DNA of 64,000 nucleotides from Giardia intestinalis (Eukaryota): NCBI GenBank assembly GCA_000002435.2, contig CM018792.1; one strand, 5' to 3'. Shown piece by piece: positions 55,188 to 64,000 of this stretch (position 1 is its first letter; each line of letters starts with the position of its first letter). The notes under the pieces were generated by a model. It saw only the letters and a program-made list of their open reading frames with translations, ran no database searches and was not told where the DNA came from. The position numbers and the translations under genes were made by a program.

Positions 55188-58100
55188 ATGCGCACGGTGG
55201 GGGCCGACGCTTGCTCGGATTTTTATTCGTCGACAATTCTCTCACGCCGCAAATATGTGACAGTGCTACTTGGAACGACCTACACAACCCCAGAACCCCA
55301 CGTTGCAAAGCTTTATAATATGAAGGAAATACGGGAGTCATCGCTGTTACAGTTTGTTAACGATCCACATTGTCTCCAGTACATCCAACATCCTCGTCTA
55401 TTGCGCTGCTACGGTTGCAGGGTCAATCCTCGACGAGACACAGTGACATTATTTGAAGAATTTGGCCAGGTGAGTCTGCAGAAACTTATTTTGGAACATA
55501 GAAAAACTGGGAAGTGCTTCTCTGAATCAGCACTGTGGTCTATTGCCGCTGCTGTAGCAAGCTTACTCCAGTATCTCCACCAGCATGATAACAAGACCTT
55601 CTATAACGCGGTTTCTAACAACACCATCAATATGGGCAGCATGGTGCATGGGAATTTGAAGCCATCTAATGTGTACATAACGCATCAAAAGGATATCTCA
55701 TCGTTTGGACTCTCGGACGTGAAGATAACGCATCCAGCTATATATCGTAACTTTGGTACATCTCGAAACTCAGCTGGTAAGCAGATTGATGAGTTGATAT
55801 ACCATGCCCCCGAGATTTTAAATGCCTTGGCCACCCCGACTCCTCCAGGGATCTCTGCATATGACGCTAACACAGCGTGCTGCGGCGCTGCTCCAGACCT
55901 CTGGTCTCTGGGTATTATCCTCTATGAAATGATGGCCCTAGCAAAGCCCAGCCACACCAATCAAACTGTTCTTTCTCGCCTAGACAATCACAATCCTGGG
56001 ACAATCACCGCCATGCCAGACTTGGATCTAAGCGATACATATAGCACTGATCTTCTTAATGTTATCACACAGCTGCTTAGCCCAGATCCTCTTCAAAGGC
56101 CACGGATCCAGTCTCTTTTGCTTACAGGCCCAATCATGTCCATACTTCAAGGCTCGCCGCCTCTTTCTCCCCTTAGGCAGAGGAGGCCTGAAGCGTTTCC
56201 AGCTCATCCAGGCCTACTTATCAAGGGCCCCACAGTGAGAGAGCATGCACTTGAAGACGTGACGATTTCTGGGCTAAGCAATATAGATCACAGAGACCTG
56301 TCTGTTGTGGATGCTGATGCATCATCAGCGCGCAAAAGGGAAATGGATTTGGAAACTGTCATTAAGGTTCTCAATACTGGCAATAAAAACGCACAACAGT
56401 TATCTACTTCTAAGCCACCTGCTACAGCACTTAACGATCCTATTAGCACCGGTAATCTCCTGCACGAGCCCTTACCAGTCATCAAGACAGCAATTCATTT
56501 GACAGGGAGTTGCGACAACTCACAACGAAGCATAGCTGGCGATAGCGAAGATAACTTGGCGCTGGACATGGATGCAGGCTCAAATTCAGACTCCGAAACT
56601 ATGGACTTTTGCCCTGCTCCTCTGAGTAACCCTCCCAATCCGACCAAAAAAGAGCACTCCCAGGCAGAGACCCCGAGTATCATGCAAGATAGGCCTCTTC
56701 GAAATTTCGTTCATAGTAGCCGAGTCCTGCAGCCAGGAGTACTGGAGACAATCAACGAGGATAGCCCAGAGCGTGCATCTACATGTACAAGGTTGCGGGC
56801 CAAGCAGCACGAAAGACAATCAGAAAGCATCCAGAGCAGATCCTTGTCTGCACGTCCTCGTCAGATACGGCCAGCAAATCCTTACAAGGCCCGTATGAGT
56901 ACTCACGAATTGGTATCACTGCTAATCTCCAATACACCATCCAATGGCAGCACATCTAAGTACTCTTACCGCAACCCAGAAGATCCCTTAGTCTATAAGC
57001 AGATATACGTACGAGGCACTCTCCCAAGTAGCAGACATACATCAGATGGCATGCATGCAGATATATCGCATACTATTTTCGGTCTATCACCAGCTAACTA
57101 TGTTTCTTTTGACGCCACTCGGTCTAGTTCTATCAGATCCCAATCTTTATCAAGCCGCTCAAGGGAGAACACCGTCCTGAATCAGGCTAGCCATGATGGA
57201 CTATCAGGCGATTCTCGCAGCGTACATTCGGCCTTACCCCAAAGGTCTAGTTCTCAAGGACATCGGCCTGCAGACCGCAAGATGATTAGCTGGCGTTCCA
57301 AGGAAGATGCCATTGCAAACGCACACCAGGTGAAGCGTGACAAAAAGGGAAATACGCAACTGATGCTTGCGGCCTTGTCTAACAACCTTAAGGCTGTGCA
57401 TGAATATGCATCACAGGCCGGCTTGCAGAATAAGTTTGGGTTTACTGCAATGATGATAGCTGCAAAGAGAGGGTTTGTGGAGATTGTGAAGATCCTCATG
57501 AACCAGGAGTCAGGAATTACTACAAAACGCAAATGTGGTGTACCCTCTGCCACGGCACTGATACTGGCTGCAATGTGCGGCCAGGCAGAAATAGTGTACT
57601 TGCTGCACGAAAAGGAGAGAGGGATTCAGGATAAGTCGGGGATGACAGCGTTAATGCATGCAGCCATGCGAGGGTATACCGATATTGTATTAATTCTCAG
57701 GAGTGCAGAGGCACGTAAGCGTGACTTTCACGGATGCACTGCATTGTTGATGGCAACAGAGTATAACAGGTTAGATATAATTAAGCTTCTTATTGACCAG
57801 GAGGCGCAGATGTCCACGACAGATGGATACAAATATGGTAGCGGGTTCACTGCTCTGATGTGTGCTGCCCGATTAGGATTCGTGCAGGCCGTAGAGCTAC
57901 TCGTCAAAAAGGAGGCCAACATGATGCACATGCCGGCAGACAGAGAAACAGGAGGTTTTACTGCACTGGTGTGGGCCGCCAGAGAAGGTCATCTGGCATG
58001 CATAAAAGTGCTTGCGCCTTACGAGGCGGCTCTTTCAGGGGGCCTTGCTATTGTTGAAGGAGAAAAATCTCTTACTAATTCCAAGGTCAAGAAACAAAGA

Positions 58101-58199
58101 ATTCGCTCACTCATTCGGAGGCACATGTGCCCTGACGAGATGGAGGGTTCGGTGCTGGCCAGGAGCTCAACTAGGGTTTTGCGGACTTGTGACATCTAA
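55188..58199 (+). CDS. NEK-like protein kinase (probably catalytically inactive) with C-terminal ankyrin repeats (1003 aa)
   Basis: True ATG at 55188. The catalytic-loop equivalent is HGNLKPSN, so the Asp of HRD is replaced by Asn. The DFG equivalent is SFG. Subdomain IX DLWSLGIILYEM is present. The C-terminal third has about 8 ankyrin repeats (GFTAMMIAAKRGFVEIVKIL, GMTALMHAAMRGYTDIVLIL, …). Confidence 0.8.
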   Translation: MRTVGADACSDFYSSTILSRRKYVTVLLGTTYTTPEPHVAKLYNMKEIRESSLLQFVNDPHCLQYIQHPRLLRCYGCRVNPRRDTVTLFEEFGQVSLQKLILEHRKTGKCFSESALWSIAAAVASLLQYLHQHDNKTFYNAVSNNTINMGSMVHGNLKPSNVYITHQKDISSFGLSDVKITHPAIYRNFGTSRNSAGKQIDELIYHAPEILNALATPTPPGISAYDANTACCGAAPDLWSLGIILYEMMALAKPSHTNQTVLSRLDNHNPGTITAMPDLDLSDTYSTDLLNVITQLLSPDPLQRPRIQSLLLTGPIMSILQGSPPLSPLRQRRPEAFPAHPGLLIKGPTVREHALEDVTISGLSNIDHRDLSVVDADASSARKREMDLETVIKVLNTGNKNAQQLSTSKPPATALNDPISTGNLLHEPLPVIKTAIHLTGSCDNSQRSIAGDSEDNLALDMDAGSNSDSETMDFCPAPLSNPPNPTKKEHSQAETPSIMQDRPLRNFVHSSRVLQPGVLETINEDSPERASTCTRLRAKQHERQSESIQSRSLSARPRQIRPANPYKARMSTHELVSLLISNTPSNGSTSKYSYRNPEDPLVYKQIYVRGTLPSSRHTSDGMHADISHTIFGLSPANYVSFDATRSSSIRSQSLSSRSRENTVLNQASHDGLSGDSRSVHSALPQRSSSQGHRPADRKMISWRSKEDAIANAHQVKRDKKGNTQLMLAALSNNLKAVHEYASQAGLQNKFGFTAMMIAAKRGFVEIVKILMNQESGITTKRKCGVPSATALILAAMCGQAEIVYLLHEKERGIQDKSGMTALMHAAMRGYTDIVLILRSAEARKRDFHGCTALLMATEYNRLDIIKLLIDQEAQMSTTDGYKYGSGFTALMCAARLGFVQAVELLVKKEANMMHMPADRETGGFTALVWAAREGHLACIKVLAPYEAALSGGLAIVEGEKSLTNSKVKKQRIRSLIRRHMCPDEMEGSVLARSSTRVLRTCDI

Positions 58200-58213
58200 C
58201 GTAAAATCTAAAA

Positions 58214-59374
58214 ATGGCAGATGACATGGTTACCGCGAGTGGTGCAAGTAGTGGCGATGATCATGCTAGCAATTTGAATGAAGAACAGCTCGATGCATCT
58301 GAAGAGCAGCCCCTTGGTCCAGAGACTCTAGTCTATGAAGAACCAGATGACGTGGCTGCGGATGAAGAGGGTACTCTTCGGCATGAGTCCATTAACGACT
58401 TGGAAGCACACTCGTCCTCTGAGAAGCTTGGGGATGTGGAACATGTTAGTGAGCACACAAGTCCCAAAGAGGCTAACGGAAAGGACGACCTTGAAGAAGG
58501 GGATGAAACTTCCATCCTAGCTGCAGAAATCCTTGAAGACGACCCCATTGTATACGCTCCAGAAGATATCATGGATGAAGAGGATGACCGGCCACCCGAG
58601 TCCCCAGCTGCTTTGCCAGAGGAACAACGCGTGTTAGCTAGTGCCGGAGATTACCAGAACGTTGATGCACTTCTCGCTAGACAAGCGTATGATCCACTGG
58701 GGCATCCAGAGGTTGGTGGGCTGGACGATGTTGATCCTTTGAGAGCTTCGGTCGATCCTGGATGCACGCCAGAGGACCACCTAGAAGCAGAAGAGCTTGT
58801 CATTATTAATGTTGATCTAGACATGGCGCAACAAGAGGACGCGAAGGGTTCTGCAGAACCGGAGGCCTCTCCTGTTGTACCTGCGAAGGCCCCTGACCAA
58901 CACTTACCTTCAATCAATAGTTTACAGGCGTCTGGTTCTAAACCACACGAAGACAGTTTCGATGAGAGTACAGCTAGAAAGCATATAGTTGACCAAACTG
59001 TGGATGCAGGGGAGGAGCCCGTGGATCCCAGTATGCACCCGGCCATCGCCCAAGCAATTAAAACAAGAAATGACCACTTTCCTTTGTTAAGTGATCCAAA
59101 GCTACCCCACACTAGGGAAAACTTCAACCTGCCTCCCCTTGTAGAGGGTCACAGTGTTCCTGTGGACAAAGGGACATACAAAGACTACGTGTTTGATCTG
59201 GAGCGGCAAGAATACCTTCAAAAGGAGGAGGTCACAAAGGCTCATACAGAGTACTTGGAGAAACACCACGAACTCAAACAGATTGTAAGCGACTTCCTGA
59301 CTAGTATTCTAATTGACAAACCAACTGATGTATACCAATACGCTGCAGATTACTTTAGTGTTGTAGTGAATTAA
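58214..59374 (+). CDS. Highly acidic protein with a C-terminal RIIa/DPY-30-like dimerisation-docking motif (386 aa)
   Basis: True ATG at 58214. The N-terminal 300 aa are Asp/Glu-rich. The C-terminus LKQIVSDFLTSILIDKPTDVYQYAADYFS fits the RIIa pattern L..Y…L……P.D….A..YF. Confidence 0.45.
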   Translation: MADDMVTASGASSGDDHASNLNEEQLDASEEQPLGPETLVYEEPDDVAADEEGTLRHESINDLEAHSSSEKLGDVEHVSEHTSPKEANGKDDLEEGDETSILAAEILEDDPIVYAPEDIMDEEDDRPPESPAALPEEQRVLASAGDYQNVDALLARQAYDPLGHPEVGGLDDVDPLRASVDPGCTPEDHLEAEELVIINVDLDMAQQEDAKGSAEPEASPVVPAKAPDQHLPSINSLQASGSKPHEDSFDESTARKHIVDQTVDAGEEPVDPSMHPAIAQAIKTRNDHFPLLSDPKLPHTRENFNLPPLVEGHSVPVDKGTYKDYVFDLERQEYLQKEEVTKAHTEYLEKHHELKQIVSDFLTSILIDKPTDVYQYAADYFSVVVN

Positions 59375-59381
59375 CTATTTG

Positions 59382-60758
59382 TCACAGGTTATCTCGCAAG
59401 GCAGATGAGTGCCTTAACAGAGGAGCATTCGGGGCGTCTGGCTCTGGTGACGAGCGCTGGAGAGTCACGATGGAACAGCTGGTGTCTTCACATACCGGTA
59501 TCGTTAAAAAGATCGTATTTGGTTTCCTGAGCTGCATCTCTCCCAGTTGCATCTCGAAGTTAGTGACCAGCTTCTCCTCTTCAAGTGCCATGAGAACATA
59601 ATGCTTAGGATGAAACTTCCCTGAGAGAGACTTCAATACGCTAATGTTTATCTCTGATATATTGAGATTGAGTCGCTTCATCCAAGAACTGAAGAAATCT
59701 TCCAGTTTATCAGCCATGGTTTGAGGTGGGTTGTTAACCAGGTGGAAGTAGCAGGAAAGTGCTCCGACCAGAGAGGCATCCGCAACATCTATCAGAGAGT
59801 CAGGGATGCACGCAATAAGAAGAAGATGCTCTGCAATACCCGTACCATGCCTGGCCTCGCATCTCAGGAAGAACTCCTCTACAGAAGCTAGTTCAACAGA
59901 TTGACCAATTGTAGATAATATAACATTAATTCTTTCTGGAGATAACAAACGCAACTTGAGAAGCTGCTTGACTAAGTTTATGCTTCTGGTATCTCTAATG
60001 TTTAGGTAAGGAAGACAAACGGGGACAGTGCAGATGTCTCTGACTATTTCGGTCAAGGCCATTAGTGCCATCACCAACAATCTGTAGAGACCTAACAAAG
60101 CTAACGCGCTCTCTAAGTGACTTGTCCCCATGGAGGAGGGGCCACTATCAACCATGTTACACAATGTTGAAACCACCTCGGCAGTGAGACGCTCATGTAG
60201 AAGCGCAATTGAGATGTAGAGGCGTCTATAGTTAATGAGCTCTCTCACCGTATCAATGTACTGGCTATACGCTCCAGTGTTCTGTCTTGTTGCACCAAAG
60301 TGAGCACGAACAGCGTCCTGCTCATCTGTGGTAATGCCTAATTCAGTCCACAGCTTTTCCAAGGCTACATCTCCGCCACGCGGGTTTTCCTCCGTAGAAG
60401 TGTGTTTCCTGGCGCTGAGCTTGTTAATGAATGGATTCGTTTTATTGTATTTGTCCTCCACGGGTGGGGTTCTGCGATCGAACAAAGCCAATGATGTATC
60501 TGGAACTGCTGTGTTATTTACATACAATTCTCTCTTTTCTGCCACACAGAGATGGGGGCTGTTTAATTTAGACGTGAAATAATCAGATTGCAGGACTTTT
60601 TGTGGATGCACATGCTCCTGTGTGAACCGCTGAAAATCTTCTTCGGAGACGCTTGAAACACCGTTCAAGATCTCTGCTTCACCGTTCAGTGAGGGGGAAA
60701 GGATAGAAATCCCGGAGTATGGAAAGGATGGGTGACTGAGTGGGCCAGATTGCGCCAT
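59382..60758 (-). CDS. Hypothetical protein (458 aa)
   Basis: A long ORF with a true ATG at 60756-60758. I recognise no domain. Confidence 0.5.
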   Translation of the reverse strand: MAQSGPLSHPSFPYSGISILSPSLNGEAEILNGVSSVSEEDFQRFTQEHVHPQKVLQSDYFTSKLNSPHLCVAEKRELYVNNTAVPDTSLALFDRRTPPVEDKYNKTNPFINKLSARKHTSTEENPRGGDVALEKLWTELGITTDEQDAVRAHFGATRQNTGAYSQYIDTVRELINYRRLYISIALLHERLTAEVVSTLCNMVDSGPSSMGTSHLESALALLGLYRLLVMALMALTEIVRDICTVPVCLPYLNIRDTRSINLVKQLLKLRLLSPERINVILSTIGQSVELASVEEFFLRCEARHGTGIAEHLLLIACIPDSLIDVADASLVGALSCYFHLVNNPPQTMADKLEDFFSSWMKRLNLNISEINISVLKSLSGKFHPKHYVLMALEEEKLVTNFEMQLGEMQLRKPNTIFLTIPVCEDTSCSIVTLQRSSPEPDAPNAPLLRHSSALRDNL

Positions 60759-60850
60759 GCTTTTTTAAGAGGAAGGGTTTGAAGAGCGCTATGCACTGTC
60801 ACATGGGTGCATTTACTTACAAAAAGGTAAGGATGCCAATGGCCACGCGT

Positions 60851-62062
60851 TTATACTTCTGTAGTTGTATCAACTAGATATGCCTCTCGATATTCAGCTG
60901 CGGGGTCTATAGGGATTATAACTGTCCGCAGGCTCATGTTCTTATTGACAAACGCCTTGTCTCCTCTGCGTTCATACACATATTTCGAGAGGGTCTGCTC
61001 CTCGTTAGCTATAAACTGCAGGCACTCAGAGCCCGTCAGGGGCCGAAATTGTAAGGAGTTCATCCGCTCCTTAGGAAGGTAAGCACTTGGATGAGACCAC
61101 AAATATGCGTTCCACCGGGTAATAAGATCTGGGATCGGACGAGTGTTTAGCTCTACCGTGCCATCCGTTCGAGGAGGAGACAGGGATGATGTAGTTACCG
61201 ATGTGTACCCCTGCTGTTCATTCAAGGTGCTATATGGGGCGTTAAGCAGAAGTCTAAGATAGAAGTCAGTAAAGGGATCCTGATACAATCCGAATTTGTT
61301 GCCTTTCTTGGCTATTTGTGTTGAATGGTCTCTCATGTAATCGTGAATTTGTCTCCGAGCGTCTACAACGGAACCTGCGCTGCCACAAAACCTCGCAAGG
61401 TAGAATATCTTTTCTGCGATGCCTGGAGCATAAAGAGTATTGTCTCGTACAAGACGGTACCACTCAGATTGATAAATGCTTTGGACAGGCGCTAATTGGG
61501 GTAGTCCCACGGGTGCATCCAGCTCCTTACGGAGATAATGGATCAGTGAAATCAAGCGAACTGTGTAATAACTATACCGCGTTAGCACTCCAATAAATGT
61601 ATCAACAGATTCTTCAGAAAGGGGCCGTAAGTTGGCACTAAGGTTTGGTGCATCCCGAGGTTCTATAAACTGCTGTCGTGCGCACTGTTGAAGCATCTCA
61701 CGATACTTGTGACAGTGGTTGTACTCGTTTAAATATTGCTTGACCATCTGTAGTCGTTTAAAGTAGAGATCTTGTAGCTCTTCACGCTGCTTCAGGAGAT
61801 TCATCACGAAACGCTTTTCTCCCTCAGGAAGCCCTACTAGATTCATGTCTATCCGAATTACATGCAGAGTTGTTATAGATACTGTTTCGCAGAGAGGGAG
61901 CGGATTAGGAGAAAACTGGGGCTCATGATAAACGTATAATCCTTGGGGTTTAGCGGTAGATTTCTTTTTCCGAGAGATCCCCCGCTTAGTGGAGGGCGCA
62001 GGACCTCGGCGTGCAGTACCGGAACGATGCGAGACGACAACCCTCCGACGGACATTTGACAT
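60851..62062 (-). CDS. Hypothetical protein with a basic N-terminus (403 aa)
   Basis: A long ORF with a true ATG at 62060-62062. The N-terminus is Arg/Lys-rich (RRRVVVSHRSGTARRGPAPSTKRGISRKKKSTAKP). Confidence 0.5.
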   Translation of the reverse strand: MSNVRRRVVVSHRSGTARRGPAPSTKRGISRKKKSTAKPQGLYVYHEPQFSPNPLPLCETVSITTLHVIRIDMNLVGLPEGEKRFVMNLLKQREELQDLYFKRLQMVKQYLNEYNHCHKYREMLQQCARQQFIEPRDAPNLSANLRPLSEESVDTFIGVLTRYSYYTVRLISLIHYLRKELDAPVGLPQLAPVQSIYQSEWYRLVRDNTLYAPGIAEKIFYLARFCGSAGSVVDARRQIHDYMRDHSTQIAKKGNKFGLYQDPFTDFYLRLLLNAPYSTLNEQQGYTSVTTSSLSPPRTDGTVELNTRPIPDLITRWNAYLWSHPSAYLPKERMNSLQFRPLTGSECLQFIANEEQTLSKYVYERRGDKAFVNKNMSLRTVIIPIDPAAEYREAYLVDTTTEV

Positions 62063-62146
62063 GTTATAATTTCTTTTATAACAGAGTTGGCGGATTTACT
62101 AGGTGCGGATAGGAGAATAGAATGATAGAGCGATCTCCTTAGAATA

Positions 62147-63550
62147 TTAGCCTGCCTGTAAGAACTGAGCAAAATGGTTAGTCAAATATGCTAGGGTGTT
62201 ACGAATGTACGCAGTGTGCTTTGCAACATTTAGCCGATAGCCCTCGATATACTCATGCCAGGTACTAGAAAAGTCACTCTCAGTTTGGAGAGAACTCGCC
62301 TCTGTGGGCGAGATAACATCCACGTTGAATAGACCACAGTACACGCAAGGGATGTCCGAGATATTCAAATTAGGAAACCAAAAGCACTTACTACACTGTC
62401 TACACCTTCCGCATCCACGCTCGGTCCTTGTGAAGAGATCTATGTTAAGCACGAACATTGCTGTCTTCATGGTAAACAGATTCTCAACTTTGTTAGAAAG
62501 CTCCCTGGAAATGTAAAAGAGCTCCTCAGTTGTGTCGTTATTTTCCTGTGAGCTCTGTTCCTGGTCTTGATGCACGGATTCGCTATCTGTTTCGTCTTCT
62601 TCTTCAGACTGGTCTGATGAGGAGGAAGCCTTTGAGGTATCAACTGTTTCTAACGCAGATGGATCAGTGGCAGCGACTGATATTGGTGTTACATATCCTC
62701 GTATAAGCAAGCATAACATGAAAAATATGGAGCACTGGCTGGTTACTTCTTCAAGCGATTTTCCCTTGAGAAACAGCTTCCGACACAGAGGGCACGTATA
62801 GTTACCGGCCCTTATCAGAGAGTTAAGGCATTTTATATGGATATAATGTCTGTTTTCGCAGCCAATCTCGGTGTGATCGTATATGCTTGTTTTCAACTCC
62901 TCTTGACAGATACAGCAAACATAATCGGTGGCGTCACACTTGTGCGTATCAAAGAACTGCTTCTTGTAGCATTGCCTGCAGATATCACAGTGCTTGTGCT
63001 CCCCTTGCTTTCCCACACGACAGAACGTACATGATTCACAGTGGAAAAAAGGCTTAACCTCAGGGGATATCAGGCTGATATAGTTACACTTTGGACAGAA
63101 ACTCTTTGCAACTTCCCCTTTGCAATGCGTGCAACGAAGTCCGATTGGGCCCACTTTATCACAGAGCAAGCAGCGCATCGAGGTGATGGCAAAGCGATCC
63201 AGCTCGTCACACTGGGATTCAAAATCGTCGTTATGACAGAGTCTGCAAGAATAATCTTTATTGCATTTGGGGCAAATCACGCGGCAATTTAAAGGATAGT
63301 GCATGCATCCATTAACTGTCTCCTGGATAACGTCAAGATAAACTATATCTTCGGCAACCTCCTGATCATTTTGCAAGCTTAGACCATTGAGATCTTCGAA
63401 CGTTAAGTCGTCTCTCCAATCAGAAAAAAGCATAATGGGAGTACTACTGGGGGTAAAGCTAGAATTGGCTGGCCTAACAACATAATGCCTTAGAAGCACC
63501 CTATCCTCCTTATTAACCCTATAATAACAATAGCATACGTAGGAAAACAT
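62147..63550 (-). CDS. CHY zinc-finger / CTCHY / RING-H2 protein (RCHY1/Pirh2-like E3 ubiquitin ligase), 467 aa
   Basis: True ATG at 63548-63550. The CHY finger is GCMHYPLNCRVICPKCNKDYSCRLCHND…CLLCDKV…CTHCKGEVAKSFCPKCNY. The CTCHY finger is FFHCESCTFCRVGKQGEHKHCDICRQCYKKQFFDTHKC. The RING-H2 is CCICQEEL…CENRHYIHIKCLNSLIRAGNYTCPLCRK. The C-terminal third is acidic and Ser-rich. Confidence 0.7.
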   Translation of the reverse strand: MFSYVCYCYYRVNKEDRVLLRHYVVRPANSSFTPSSTPIMLFSDWRDDLTFEDLNGLSLQNDQEVAEDIVYLDVIQETVNGCMHYPLNCRVICPKCNKDYSCRLCHNDDFESQCDELDRFAITSMRCLLCDKVGPIGLRCTHCKGEVAKSFCPKCNYISLISPEVKPFFHCESCTFCRVGKQGEHKHCDICRQCYKKQFFDTHKCDATDYVCCICQEELKTSIYDHTEIGCENRHYIHIKCLNSLIRAGNYTCPLCRKLFLKGKSLEEVTSQCSIFFMLCLLIRGYVTPISVAATDPSALETVDTSKASSSSDQSEEEDETDSESVHQDQEQSSQENNDTTEELFYISRELSNKVENLFTMKTAMFVLNIDLFTRTERGCGRCRQCSKCFWFPNLNISDIPCVYCGLFNVDVISPTEASSLQTESDFSSTWHEYIEGYRLNVAKHTAYIRNTLAYLTNHFAQFLQAG

Positions 63551-63818
63551 GGAGATGGCTGTTAACGTAAGTATTGCAATAGTTAATTAATTTTTCTGTT
63601 TCTGGCCTCAACCCGAGGTCTCTTTAGGATGTCTGTTTACATGTTACACTACTTACTTTCGTTATTCACCTACTAACTCATTTGTTATATCTTCTAATCT
63701 GCAACCTTCGCGTATCAATTGATACTTCAAGCCCTTTTCAGAGCTTACTCCGGGCGCGCCGGGAGGCCTGCGACGGGTGCGAGCCTGCTGACCTGCTGAC
63801 CCGGGTGGAAAGAAAAGG

Positions 63819-64000
63819 ATGGCGTTCAGCTACTTCACGGTCCCGTCTGGCCAGCCCTTCAGGAGGCCGCTGCCCGGCCACGTTGTCGCGCGGCTAGCGC
63901 AGCCCCTCCGGAGGACGCGCTCTGTCGAGGAAGCGGCGGACCGCCGAAGCCAGGCCCTCTGGCGGCGTTCGGAAAAGGCCGGCGAGGTGTACAGAGCGGC
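63819..64000 (+). CDS. Possible 5' end of a GC-rich gene running off the window
   Basis: An ATG at 63819 is preceded by aaagaaaagg. The frame is open for 60 codons to the window end (MAFSYFTVPSGQPFRRPLPGHVVARLAQ…). It is absent from the ORF track because no stop falls inside the window. This is a weak call. Confidence 0.2.
   Translation, partial: MAFSYFTVPSGQPFRRPLPGHVVARLAQPLRRTRSVEEAADRRSQALWRRSEKAGEVYRA

Noticed and set aside
1-64000. Prokaryotic interpretation (operons, RBS, TTG/GTG starts as used by the ORF track)
   Set aside because: VSP CRGKA tails, ankyrin/NEK architectures, CDC48, Sec12, E2, RING and Myb content, and AGTRAAY poly(A) signals identify this as Giardia nuclear DNA. Only ATG starts were accepted, and I moved starts at 12098, 28361, 35994, 39698, 42787, 45464, 48563, 52930 and 54530 accordingly.

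Overview
This window reads as compact, intron-free protist DNA, almost certainly Giardia intestinalis (lamblia). Three signals point there. Cysteine-rich CXXC/GGCY proteins end in the transmembrane tail ...CRGKA-stop, the hallmark of Giardia variant-specific surface proteins (VSPs). AGTRAAY polyadenylation signals sit 0-40 nt after several stop codons, at least seven of them in total. Large NEK-like kinases and RING proteins carry ankyrin repeats (the '21.1/NEK' families). The window also has very short AT-rich intergenic and promoter regions, with genes packed on both strands. The layout, start to end, is as follows.
(1) 1-10074: a head-to-tail tandem array of at least six VSP-like units on the minus strand, with a period of about 1.83-1.92 kb. 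The units are mosaic relatives of one another, and none has a canonical ATG followed by a signal peptide.
(2) About 9.95-13.4 kb: a GC-rich island with two long hypothetical ORFs and many overlapping spurious ORFs.
(3) 13.4-24.4 kb: several large S/T-rich or coiled-coil hypothetical proteins, an SH3-like protein and a Myb-like protein.
(4) 24.4-26.5 kb: a gene desert unusual for this genome, carrying a repeated 11-mer.
(5) 26.5-41.4 kb: a 2125-aa lipase-like membrane protein, an ER-type FKBP, and Ser-rich and WD-like proteins.
(6) 41.6-63.6 kb: a possible IST1-like protein, CDC48/p97, a type I membrane protein, a Sec12-like protein, two NEK/ankyrin pseudokinase-like proteins, an E2, an ankyrin+RING protein, an RIIa-domain protein and a CHY/RING (Pirh2-like) E3 ligase.
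The six-frame ORF track evidently translates GTG/TTG starts as M, so many track ORFs begin at non-ATG codons. I re-checked start codons in the sequence and moved starts to the first plausible ATG where needed. I have not run any searches; all family calls rest on motif recognition.
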